NCBI RefSeq assembly: GCF_963853765.1 | Contig: NC_088855.1 | Span: forward strand, 53,568,001-53,632,000 | Origin: Magallana gigas | Taxonomy: Eukaryota | Reading direction: 5' to 3' | Length of the DNA: 64,000 nt | In this document: in pieces, positions 1 to 13,053 of the stretch | Layout of the letters: the number at the start of each line of letters is the position of its first letter | Position numbering within the stretch: position 1 is the first letter of the stretch | The notes under the pieces: generated by a model | Databases searched by the model: none | Told to the model about the DNA's origin: nothing | Seen by the model: the letters and a program-made list of their open reading frames with translations, nothing else | Translations under genes and position numbers: made by a program

Positions 1-525
1 ATGCATATTTGTCCAGTTCCGCCTTCTGCGTACACGTATATTGTTTCCAAGTGAACAGATGTAATTTTCTTTTGTGACCTGGTCCCCCACGCAAAATTTT
101 GGAGGATCGCATTGTGAAATATTTGTGATTCACTCGTACTTTAGTATTTGGGATGAATTTAGGATTCTTCATATTTAGATAAATGTTTAGCTGTATGAAA
201 TACATGTATGTAAGTAATTTTGGTCAAAACGATTATGAGTGAAACTTAAACAATTACTTATTTTGAAAAATTTAAATCAAAATTTACAATCAAAATTTAC
301 TTATTTTCTTTTCTCAAATCGGGAATTCAATAGCTAGCGCCACGAAGCATCTAAAAGTGCCTTAAATTTTCCCCAAAATTCAAGTTCAAATAGAAATATC
401 TTATAATATAGGGCACAATATCCTGCTTCTATACATATATATATATATATTTTTTTCATCGTGGTTCCGCCGTTTAGCACATGCGCAACATCAAACATAC
501 CATGGTGGTCCAAAATAATGCATGA

Positions 526-623
526 AAATTTTGAATTTACCGGGTGGCAGTAAATACTAAATTTACAACTTAATGTAATGTTGTAAATTTTGTATTTACT
601 GCCACCCGTTAAATTCAAAATTT
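526..623. repeat. Imperfect palindrome, about 44-bp arms and 10-nt loop; probably part of a non-autonomous element
   Basis: aaattttgaatttaccgggtggcagtaaatactaaatttacaac is mirrored by gttgtaaattttgtatttactgccacccgttaaattcaaaattt with 2 mismatches; loop is ttaatgtaat. Confidence 0.8.
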
Positions 624-2621
624 ACAACATGACAAATAGCTGAAAGTTGTAGATTTGACCGCAATATTTCTTAAAATTGAATATGGTGATTTTTTAAGAA
701 AAGACAATTTTTGATGGTTCGTGACTCTAGCTCTTTGAAAAAAACCTTTTGACTTAAAACACAAAAACAAAATGTTAAATTTTATTCATTTTATTTTTAT
801 TCATTTTATTTTCCTTTCATTTTATTTTATCATTTATGGGAGTTATTTTAAATTATTAAATGTTTTATGTCACAAAAAGAGACTATGATATACCTCTGCA
901 TTCAATGGAAAACTTCATAAAATATGAATAACTAGAAATGACGTAGTAAATTTTGCAACGTCCAATCATGCAATGCCATGACTATGTAAATAATTTTTGG
1001 ACAAATACCATGCAATTCTATAAATAATCTGGAGGTTTCCTTCTTTTTTCATTAATATTAATATACTATTTTACTATAAAACGCATACAAATTAAAATAA
1101 ACCCCGTCGCCGCTGTGCGTATAATCCACAATTTAAGCAAAGTGCTTCCGTATCAAGGGCAATGAATCAAGACGACCAAATTAAGACGTTAAATATGCAA
1201 ATATCCATTTAAGTTTCGTATTTTTATCTTAAGGAGCATACTTTTCACAGAGTATTCCCAAGATTTCCCATTTATCTTTTTAGTGTATGCTTTATTGCAC
1301 TTTGCATGTTTTTGTGTTTAGTACCATATTTTTGTTACAAGTGACATATATATATATAAGGTGTGAAGGGACGGGTGAACCTTATTAATGTAATAAAAGG
1401 CAATGATATACAGTTTAAGAATACACAATACATTGTACCTGTACACATATCACGATAAAAAATTGATTACATACACATGATCTATAATATGGTTTATAAT
1501 ACGAGGTCGGTAAATTCCATAAAGGGTGAGAGGGCATACCAGGTAAGAGCAGAGCTTTATAATTGAATACGATCATATCTTACCCACTGCATTTGTACAA
1601 ATGGCAAATAATAAACAATTAAATTATAACGTTTTATAGCTTAGATTTACAAGTTTCAATCAGGGTACAAAACCTGATATACGTGTATTCTTTTTTCTTA
1701 TTCAGCAAGAATATTAATTTTAAAAAAACTGGCTATAATAAACTGCAATCAATTGCTCACTTTTCCTTATTCACGTGGTTTTCCATTGTGTGTTGACTAG
1801 AAATGTTTACAATTACACCATATCGTAAATTTGATATGATTTTTAAAAACGTTGGAGTTAGCATGGTAAGAAACATTAGATATTTTAATATAGTATGGAA
1901 TAACTACTATAACTTTTTTGTGCGAATTGTGGGATTTTTTTTTTATCAACAAACAAAACCACACTGGTCATTATAAAGCCATAAAAACAATTTTTTAATA
2001 AATTTAAGTTGATCAAACTCAAACTTTTATATAATCGCTGCCCGATATGGATAAATTGTTCTCTATTGAATGATTTTGTACAGATATTAAACAGAGTTTA
2101 AAATTTAATTTAAGTAGATTGGAGAGGGTTATTAAATTGCAAGCATTTGTTAATTCATTTGCATGAACAAGAAATATTTCATGAAATACTATAAAGTATA
2201 TCTAAAACATTCGAGAACAAACCTATGGTGGTATATTTTGTATAGGCTTAGACAGTTGAACAATGGCAACGGAACAAGATAGACAAGAAACTCAACGGTA
2301 ATGAAATGGAAAGCGACGGAACAATAACCTTGAGGATAATGGAAGGGAACGGATAAAACTTATTTCCTCTTAAGAAGGAAAATATAGTGTTCGTAAAAAA
2401 AAAATTCGAAGAAATATTTGGAATATTTTTATTTAATTCTAATATAAGAGGTTCATATGCAATAATTAAAATTTCTCATTGTTCTCAGCTTTAAAGGTTT
2501 ATGAACAAAAGGAACGAAAACTAATATAAACTAAAATTACATCTTTGTTTTGGGTTTTTAATACATAAATGACCTACATTTCATTATGTTTTCAATAGCT
2601 AAGAGAACAAAGTAGCATTAG

Positions 2622-2627
<6 letters not shown>

Positions 2628-2686
<59 letters not shown>
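2628..2686. repeat. (CT)n microsatellite
   Basis: Uninterrupted run of about 29 ct units. Confidence 0.97.
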
Positions 2687-2688
<2 letters not shown>

Positions 2689-4688
2689 AGTTGTTGTAAA
2701 TATACATGTACATTGTATTTTATTTGCAATTAATTAGCTCTAGCCAGTTTCTTATTTTCTGTTTGCAGTCAATATTTCTTATTTATATAAAAGAAAGTTT
2801 ATATTAAGTTATATATATCTACGCATGTAATTCTATTCTGTTTAATATAATTTGTAATTGTATTTTTAAAAAGTATGATATTCTAGTTACAATGTATTTC
2901 AAATGCAAACCGTTTACATGCAATGCAAACAAGAAAATACCATGCAAAGGTATTTAATATTATGTAAAATGCATATGTGTAATGATAGAAAATATTAGCA
3001 TACAAATGAAATGAAATATAATTTCATGAACACATGTGCATTATTTATGCTATGATATATATCTATAATTGTGTAATAGTTTTGCCTAGATTTCTCCTTT
3101 TAGAGTAAATACCATCGGACCATGTGGTCGGTCCAACAGTCATTGCTTGTGCTGTTTTAACGAGTCAGTTTTTCAGTCGGTATGCATAATGCATGTGTCT
3201 TTCCTCTTTTTCCTTTACTTTTTAATATATGTTTTTATAGCATTTCATAAATCTTGACTATGTTTGAAGTTTTGTGTTTTAATCAGACAAGATTTATAAA
3301 CAAGTCAGTGGTTTTTGTATTTTGGCTGTATTCGTTCAAACAAACGCGGCCAAAGCCTTCTAATGGTGCTAAACGCATTTTATCTTGCTTAAAAAAAATG
3401 AGGGTCAGTTCGAAATCCAAATTTAATTAATCACAAATGATTGTTAAGCATATGATCAAATTAACGATGCATGTCATTCAGAAAGTTTCGTTTGAAAACA
3501 ACAATATCCCAGTAATGCACAATTTACGTGTAAAAGATTTTAAAAAATTCTAATTTGATTTTTTAAAAATTATTTTATTGAAATACAAATGGATTGGGTA
3601 ATAGGTAAATCCTGTGTCAATTTTGTTAGATTCATGCTAACACATTCTTTTCCTAATATCAAATTCAATTTGCCTGTCAAATTACGGGACCGGGCGACCG
3701 TCGGTCGAGGTATAACAGGTTCTAAAAGATGGAGTAGGAATACCTTCATAAAGCATTATTTTGTGTGTGGTTAATTGATATGTAGATCAAGTTCTCACAA
3801 TCATTTAATGCCCACACGGGCTACATAGATCCATCCCATCAGAAAACAAATGTTGTGGTGTTTGCATAATTAGTTAAGCATTTAGATTTTGTGCAGTCTT
3901 TACAGAAAGTTATGATTACAAATAGGACTTGGGCATTAGGTCAGAATAGGATAGGATTGTCCTTGATTTACAAGACAGAACTGGTTCAACATTCCATTAG
4001 TTGATCTCTGCAGTATAATTGACCCAGAAGATATACAGAGGCGGTGGGTAGGTAGCTTACCGAAATACGTATGCCTCTTGATTGTCCAGGGAAGGTGATT
4101 CCAATGTTTCAAAGGTATTTTGCAATTATAAGTGAACAGTAAGCTTTTGTAAAAATTCAAGTGCATGTATGTAGTTTTTTTGTATATGGATATGAAAAGG
4201 TGGCATTTGCAGAGAACTGGTGTTCGTGGATTTCATTTGCATCATTTTTTTTCAAATTTAAAAGTAAGTACTGATTTCTATATGCAGATCCTTTCAAATG
4301 TTTCACATGATTTGTATAAAAGTCATTAATATTTATTTCTCCAATTGAAATTTAGTGTCAAGATTTTATCTGTGAGATTTCCGTAAAGTTGTAGGATGCC
4401 ACTCCGCTTTCTACTACCCAACTTTCACGAAGGTATCTTGTATTTATTGTAATGTAAAAGGTTTTAAATTCCATATGATGAATGGGAAAGCTCAATTCGT
4501 ATTTACTCCAAAACAAAACAAAAGTGCAACAAGTTGTGTTTAAGTTGGACAATATAACGGTACATATCATTCCAATGAAACCGATTCTTGGAATTGCGAG
4601 AAACAACTTAAAATCGTGCGGAGATTCCAGCACGGACAGTCTGATTTAAATCTGCACACAAAGTCGACACTAACGTATGGAAATCCAG

Positions 4689-4880
4689 ACCAGCACAGTT
4701 TGTCCGATATCACATACTCCCACTAACGTGCGGGACCAGCACAGTTTGTCCGATATCACATACTCCCACTAACGTGCGGGACCAGCACAGTTTGTCCGAT
4801 ATCACATACTCCCACTAACGTGCGGGACCAGCACAGTTTGTCCGATATCACATACTCCCACTAACGTGCGGGACCAGCAC
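4689..4880. repeat. 46-bp tandem repeat, 4 identical copies plus a partial copy
   Basis: Unit accagcacagtttgtccgatatcacatactcccactaacgtgcggg starts at 4689, 4735, 4781 and 4827. Degenerate ctaacgt...cagcac copies flank it on both sides. Confidence 0.95.
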
Positions 4881-7800
4881 GGAAAGCTCAACATGACGCA
4901 CTCTACGCTAACGTGCGGAGTTGCAGCACAATTAGCCCAGCTGTGCTCTGAAACTATTTTCTTTTACATTTTTTTTTTACAGGAATTGCTCTTTTTTCGA
5001 TTACAGAGGTCGTTTAGTCATGCCAGAAAAAATTACATTACACATATAGCTGTCCATATAAATTCACTCTTCCATTGTCCAGCAATAATTTAATTTGCTT
5101 GGAGATTGATTTAAGTAGATATCGAAGACTAGTGTCAGTGGAATAAACATTTTTGTCACATGAAAGTTTTTTTTTTTTCAATTTCCAATTGAAACTGGAA
5201 TATGGAATAACATAGAAAGATGTCTTAGAATTTGTTCATTATGTAATGAAAATACATTGGATGACGAATACCACTTTGTTATAGAATGTCATCAGGCATG
5301 TTTTTAGTCCGCAAAAAATTACATGTAATTGATAAAAAATACTCAACAAATGTTTACACTTTTATAAATGTGGGAATCTTATGGATACCATAGATATTGA
5401 TTTATAGGAAAAATTGTACATATTTAAAAAAAATTAGCTCGATTTATCTAAATTTCTGTACTCTTCCTTCTTTTGTACATTTGAGAATATTTTCCGGATT
5501 TTTTTGTACCTCATATGCCATTGATGTGGTTTGAGTAAAATAAACAATCATTCACAGTTGTTTGTTTGTTTTTTTCTCTGTACAAACTACTACATACGTC
5601 TATCAAACTGAGAAAAAACTCGAAGTTATTTTCTCATAGCGGCTGGTACATTTTAAATCTAAAACCTGTTACATAAAAAGTTTAAAATCAAAGATAAAAC
5701 AATCACTCTCACAGCCTTAACGAACTTTGTCCCGGAGCGGGTGTGGCGGAAGCGAGCTTATGGTGGCCCGATCCCTTCTCACGACATTTGGAGGGTCATG
5801 ATAACGGCCAGAAGACGATTGGTGGCGGCGATTAGTGGCTCGGGGACTATTGTTTATCTGCAGCTAAGAGTTTCCTACAAGAAGTTAAGGGTTCCAAGTC
5901 CAGTCTGGAGTTTCCGGTCCTGGGACCGAGTCTGATATCGAGGGGATATAGCGGGGTTTGGACCTTACTTACATAGTGAATTTAAAGAATCTTACAAAAA
6001 CTTTTAAAATGCTAAAGAAAAATGAATACATGTATTTGCTTCACTTGATAACGGAAGTCAAAATTTCTTTGATTATTCAAGTTTTTGCAGACTAATTTGA
6101 ATAGAAATGCATAATTAAATTTATACTATGGAAAGCAGAAATAAGCATTTTAAAGTAAATCGTACGCGCTAAGACCCTGGCCTACTATAAAACCTTAGTC
6201 AACTTTATCGGACGTATAAAAATTACACTCAACCTTATAGTAAAAGCAGCCAAGAGAATGAAAAAAATTGAAAGTAATTAATTACATGTATTTACGACCG
6301 GAGAAAATCAAACATACCGACGGACAACCGGACTAATATACTAGTATAGAAAGAAACGCACCACTTGACCACAATTCAATGAACAACTATACACCCTCCA
6401 CAGGAAAAACCCACTGATTCGGTGTATTATATTGTGGATCAGCAGTCTGAAACAAAAGCCATACTCTCTATTAACCCTGACCTATTTGTTCAAGCACTCT
6501 CTGTAATGATTGATTACGTAAAGCTACTACGCGTGAGACAGTGCGTGAAAACGGGAAATCCCCTTATACATCCTATTACTTTATGCTGATTCAAAACATC
6601 TTGGGTTTGTAAATAACAGCTATATACGAGTTTGTAGCTTATCATGTCTTTAAATCTGTCTGAAATTTACTCAGAAATATCCCTTACGAAATCATGCAAA
6701 TGCAATAGGGCCTACAGATATAAAAATATATATACTGTATATATTTACAGTTCGTTAGATCGTTATCGTCGATTTATAAAAAGAAGAATTTAATAAGATG
6801 GTGGTTTTTATGGATTTTCAACCGTGAGCTTGTTAAATACAATAGATGGTGGTTATGGCACTGTATGCTGTTAACTTGCTGGTTGCAATCTTGGGCCTTT
6901 TTTGTGCCACAAACACCAAATCAACATTTTTTTTTGCGATCCTGACGTTTTGGTATCGTTGGTTGTGGCTGAGGTTTTGTGAGTAGTTTATATTGGTACT
7001 CTGTCGTTCAACCATTGGTTGTCGGGTTTGTTTTCATATGTTTCGTGAGTTTTGGTTGTTTTTGTTAATTTGTTGGTTTGTTTCATATTGTTGATGTTGA
7101 TGTTTTGAGTGTTTTATTTGTATGTTCTTATCTTTTAGGTATTGGTTGTAGCCCTACAGGTTGTTGTTTGTCTCATTTCGTTGATTTGGTTTTTAATTAT
7201 AGATACTTTATTGTTCGATTGTTGGTTTATTGGTTAGAGACTTTGTTTTTTCTTCTTCTTCATTTGGTATCGATTATTAGATATATTGTGTTCTAGGGGT
7301 GGTTTTCATAGGTACTATGTCGCTCAGCTTGTAAGTACCAATTCTGGCTCTGGTAAGATTTCGTTGATAATAGTAAAAGGTGGTTATGTAGATTGTGTAT
7401 TCACACCTGTTAAGTGAAATGTTGATTGGAGTTGGTATAGGTATGGTGACGAAAAAGAATAAATGACAATTTTACGCAGTACAGTGTACTTGAGATTCTC
7501 AGATTTTGATTTTTTTTAAAATCCCTGTGTAAATATCGTTGACTGTAAAAACTGCGCACATACCTTTAACAGTTGTTTATCATTTACTCAATATCTTGCA
7601 CGTATACATACCCAATGATAGGATATTTTAACCTACTATAATATTTATGTACAATGCATATCAAATTGTACCCCTTCTTCAATCTTTCCCCTCTCAAACG
7701 TATAATTGCCAACATTGTGCTGACATTCACAATATAAACAACGGTGTTGAAGTGGTTTTCTGTTCCAAGAAAAAAGTAGGACATTTGTGGTGTCCGACAT

Positions 7801-8033
7801 TACCCCTAGATAGATCTATATAAGTAAATACACCGTCCTGCTTGGATATAACCGCTGGGTCCTGGAGTTTGTGGTCAGACGACACGTGTTCCCCAGGAGA
7901 TTACAGCCGGGCATCCGGTTTGCTGTAACACACTTGCGTCGATTTGACCGAGTAACGTGCAAATCTACTCCGTACACCTCCACCAACCAAGTGAAAAAGA
8001 CGGATTCAGGCTGTACACAGCTATTTGAGCTAT

Positions 8034-10298
8034 ATAATGTTCTAACATTAATATTATTCATGAAATGTTCTAGCAGTACTTTATGTAATGTTCTAACAAT
8101 ACTTCATGTACTGTTTTAAACAATACTTCATGTACATGTAATGTGCTAACAATACTTCATGTAATGTTCTAACAATACTTCATGTAATGTTCTAACAATA
8201 CTTCATGTACATGTAATGTTCTAACAATACTTCATGTACTGTTCTAACAATACTTCGTGTAATGTTCTAACAATACTTCATGTAATGTTCTAACAATACT
8301 TCATGTACATGTAATGTTCTAACAATACTTCATGTAATGTTCTAACAATACTTCATGTACATGTAATGTTCTAACAATACTTCATGTAATGTTCTAACAA
8401 AACTTCATGTACATGTAATGTTCTAACAATACTTCATGTAATGTTCTAACAATACTTCATGTACATGTAATGTTCTAACAATACTTCATGTACATGTAAT
8501 GTTCTAACAAAACTTCATGTAATGTTCTAACAATACTTCATGTACATGTAATGTTCTAACAATACTTCATGTACTGTTCTAACAATACTTCGTGTAATGT
8601 TCTAACAATACTTCATGTAATGTTCTAACAATACTTCATGTACATGTAATGTTCTAACAATACTTCATGTAATGTTCTAACAATACTTCATGTACATGTA
8701 ATGTTCTAACAATACTTCATGTACATGTAATGTTCTAACAATACTTCATGTATAATGTTCTAACAATACTTCATGTACATGTAATGTTCTAACAATACTT
8801 CATGTAATGTTCTAACAATACTTCATGTACATGTAATGTGCTAACAATACTTCATGTACTGTTCTAACAATACTTCATGTACATGTAATGTGCTAACAAT
8901 ACTTCATGTACTGTTCTAACAATACTTCATGTAATGTTCTAACAATACTTCATGTAATGTTCTAACAATACTTCATGTAATGTTCTAACAATACTTCATG
9001 TACATGTAATGTTCTAACAATACTTCATGTAATGTTCTAACAATACTTCATGTACATGTAATGTTCTAACAATACTTCATGTAATGTTCTAACAATACTT
9101 CTTGTAATGTTCTAACAATATTTCATGTACATGTATTGTTCTAACAATACTTCATGTAATGTTCTAACAATACTTCATGTACATGTAATGTTCTAACAAA
9201 ACTTCATGTACATGTAATGTTCTAACAATACTTCATGTACATGTAATGTTCTAACAATACTTCATGTACATGTAATGTTCTAACAATACTTCATGTAATG
9301 TTCTAACAATACTTCATGTAATGTTCTAACAATATTTCATGTACATGTATTTTTCTAACAATACTTCATGTAATGTTCTAACAATACTTCATGTACATGT
9401 AATGTTCTAACAATACTTCATGTACTGTTTTAAACAATACTTCATGTACATGTAATGTTCTAACAATACTTCATGTACATGTAATGTTCTAACAATACTT
9501 CATGTACTGTTTTAAACAATACTTCATGTAATGTTCTAAACAATACTTCATGTACATGTAATGTTCTAACAATACTTCATGTAATGTTCTAACAATACTT
9601 CATGTAATGTTCTAACAATACTTCATGTACTGTTCTAACAATACTTCATGTAATGTTCTAACAATACTTCATGTACTGTTTTAAACAATACTTCATGTAC
9701 TGTTTTAAACAATACTTCATGTACATGTAATGTGCTAACAATACTTCATGTAATGTTCTAACAATACTTCATGTACTGTTTTAAACAATACTTCATGTAA
9801 TGTTCTAACAATACTTCGTGTAATGTTTTAAACAATACTTCATGTACATGTAATGTGCTAACAATACTTCATGTACTGTTCTAACAATACTTCATGTAAT
9901 GTTCTAACAATACTTCATGTACTGTTTTAAACAATACTTCGTGTAATGTTCTAACAATATTTCGTGTAATGTTCTAACAATACTTCATGTACTGTTCTAA
10001 CAATACTTCATGTAATGTTCTAACAATACTTCATGTAATGTTCTAACAATACTTCATGTACTGTTCTAACAATACTTCATGTACTGTTTTAAACAATACT
10101 TCGTGTAATGTTCTAACAATACTTCGTGTAATGTTCTAACAATACTTCATGTACTGTTCTAACAATACTTCATGTAATGTTCTAACAATACTTCATGTAA
10201 TGTTCTAACAATATTTCATGTTATGTTCTAACAATACTTCATGTAATGTTCTAACAATATTTCATGTACATGTAATGTTCTAACAATACTTCGTGTAA
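8034..10298. repeat. Minisatellite of about 2.26 kb with interleaved 23/24/29-bp variant units (about 90 units)
   Basis: Core atgtaatgttctaacaatacttc (23 bp). Variants add atgtac (29 bp) or read atgtactgttttaaacaatacttc (24 bp). There are no unique spacers. Confidence 0.97.
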
Positions 10299-13053
10299 CT
10301 TTATCGAACATATGGACTTTAAAGATAAGTAAAGTAATTTATTACATAAATGCACGAAAATGAATACACATTTTAAGCAATTATGAAATAGAATTGAATT
10401 AACAGTGCATTGTGCACTCAGCGTTAATAATAATAAACAGAAATGCAAATGTTGAATAAATTAAAGTAAAAAAAAGTGGCCGTGTGAATTTTCTGTGAAA
10501 TGAAGGTGCGACGTCAATTGTTTTCGTTTCATTCAAGGGATCTGTCATAAAAATATGAAAATATCTTAAATCGTCATTAAAAGAAATGTGCAAAGTGGAC
10601 AGGTTGAATAACTTAAAGCATGAAATCTTTTATTAATGAGCTGGGAAAACCAGACTTTCCCTGAATGAAAAGAACAAAACAAAGCGGTCGCGGCTGACGA
10701 ATTGAGCTAAATATATATGAATCCAGCGTACATGCCTCGCTACTCATCAAGATGGAGTGTTGACCACAATGTGACATTTGTCGATATTCTCCAATGCATC
10801 CTTCAGTATCGTTGTAATTGATGATTCTTCGTTGATTTAATGTTCCAAAAAGAACGTTATGTAATGACTATATATATACTTATATCATAAACGCGTAAAA
10901 AAAACCCAACAGTATAGTCAGTCTGCCAGCATCCCATTTCACAAGGTCTTTTTTTGACCTATCATGTTACATTAATTTTAAAAAAAAAAGATCTTTTGAT
11001 CTTTTGTGATCTAGGCCATTAAAACTTACAAAAAATGCCTTTCTTCACTTGTAATCAACATTTTAATTCTGTGTGAATAAAGAATTCCGAAGTTTAAAGG
11101 CTTTGCCAGGTACGAGTACCAGAGTTGTGGGAGGGGGCCAAAACGAGCGTGAAATTACTCTACTGATATTAATTGTTGTCCTTCATATTTAATCCTCTTT
11201 CAAAACACTCATTTGAGATCTCCCTATTGAATCTGGATGTGTATGGTCTTGTTAAGAGCGCGTGAATTGGGAGTCAGTGTGTTTGCACTTATGTTCTACA
11301 TTGTTCAACATCTCACCTCTTCCCATTATACACACAAAGGTGAGTTCGGCATCACATTAATTGTTACCTGGACTTCCGAAGCAAAAAATCGGAAATCTAT
11401 GCATTGGCCAAGATGGTCAGCCATCTATAGATACATGTACATGTTTATATATTGACCATAATTCTCGAGAGTCAAAAACTGGGCACCAGATATTAAAACC
11501 ACGTCGCATTATGGAGATCAATGTATGCATGATTTATTGGTAAATGAATGGACCTCATAAAATATTGGCTTTGTTTATTGGAACGGATAGTACATTCCAA
11601 TGGGAAAATCAAGATGCTTATATTATTTATTGGTTTTCATACAGAGACCGATGAACATCATCCAACCTTTGCTGAAGGGTTGCCCGCAAGAAATCGATGT
11701 AAATCTGCCCTACGAAATTATTGGCTAGGCTTCAAAATTGTTTGAATAGTTCGCCGTCATTAGCCAGTCGAACTCGACTCCGCGAGTTCCCGCCATTCCC
11801 GACCTCTCAGGTTTCATTTTTTCCCCGTAAAACAACGCCCCTTGCTTTTATAGCTCCAGAAACATCTAGTTGTCCATAATAGTGAAATATTGTGTCCCTG
11901 TTTCAATAAGAGCGGATTATCGTTGAATAAGTTCCCCACTTTTGAGTGTGAACTATTGACAATCCATCGTGCGTGCAATGAATGTTGACCGAGGAAAAAT
12001 CGTTTTATTTACATAAAACTCGAACTAGTACAAACATAGTTCCCCTTGTAATTACTGGACTTAACACGTTCGATTTCTGCCTGAATACTCTCTATTCTCC
12101 CATTTTCTATTCTGTTTGTACGCCAGGACCCTAGGAGACTAGAACCTCGGGTTATATCTGATCAAAGGTCAAGTACAGTCATTTATTTGTGGGTGGTGGT
12201 AAATCATATTTAATAACGGTCCACTCGCAGTTCTGTCAATGGATGAACCGCTTGGTTATCAAACTTGTAAATCAAAAACAAGATTTATATTTTTGAACAG
12301 TTTATTAACATGTGCCTTACAGTCCACTGTATCAAGACAGTAGATGTAGGACCATCAGTTTAATAATCATACCAAATTCAGTTCTACTGAAACGTGTAAA
12401 AAATATATTTATATACAATAAGTAAAAGGTGGAACTGCTCGCAGCTACCGGGTAGATGAATGATTAAAGTCATAGCCATGTCAGACACAAGACGGGGCGT
12501 GCAGTCAGACCCGTAACTAAGACCCGGGGGTTGTGTATTTTTTTAAAGCATTTGTTTTCAGAGGAGAACGTCCTAAATAATCACACAGAAATCGACACCA
12601 TCGATCCGGTGGTGTTTTAAAGGGCGGTATTGAATGGTCCTCGCATGACTGCACTCTTTGAACAGAGTAAAATCGTGACGAGGATTGAGGGTGGTTTTTG
12701 GTCGGGTTAAAATGTAGGGCAGTTTTCGGGTTGACTGCATGCACGAAATATGTAAAATGATATGAAAATTGCTTGCCATCTCAGAGATAATTCATCAGTG
12801 ACATAGAGAACATTCAACTGTAAGAAGAGAATACTGTGCATATGTGAACAAAACAATGGAAATGAAGACGAAAATTAATTTCTCAGATAAATACTGAGTA
12901 CACTGGTATACCGCTTGACATGATAAATCAATACGAATGATGACTGAAAAAGTCAATGGTATGTAGCATCACAAATGCAAAACACTGCTTGATTGTCTGT
13001 TAAGTCATTGGTCAGCCTAGCGACAGCTATCACATGAGCCGATGTACCCCTGG

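Noticed and set aside
3936-4166. LINE RT 3' remnant (KHWNHLP resembles the WNxLP motif)
   Set aside because: A single short motif with no other RT blocks; insufficient evidence.
4626-4645. REST/NRSE-like CCAGCAC-GGACAG
   Set aside because: Half-site spacing is wrong, and REST is not established in this lineage.
6800-7450. Mitochondrial insertion (NUMT)
   Set aside because: The strand skew fits, but the frames I translated with the invertebrate mitochondrial code gave no recognisable protein. Kept only as an unexplained tract.
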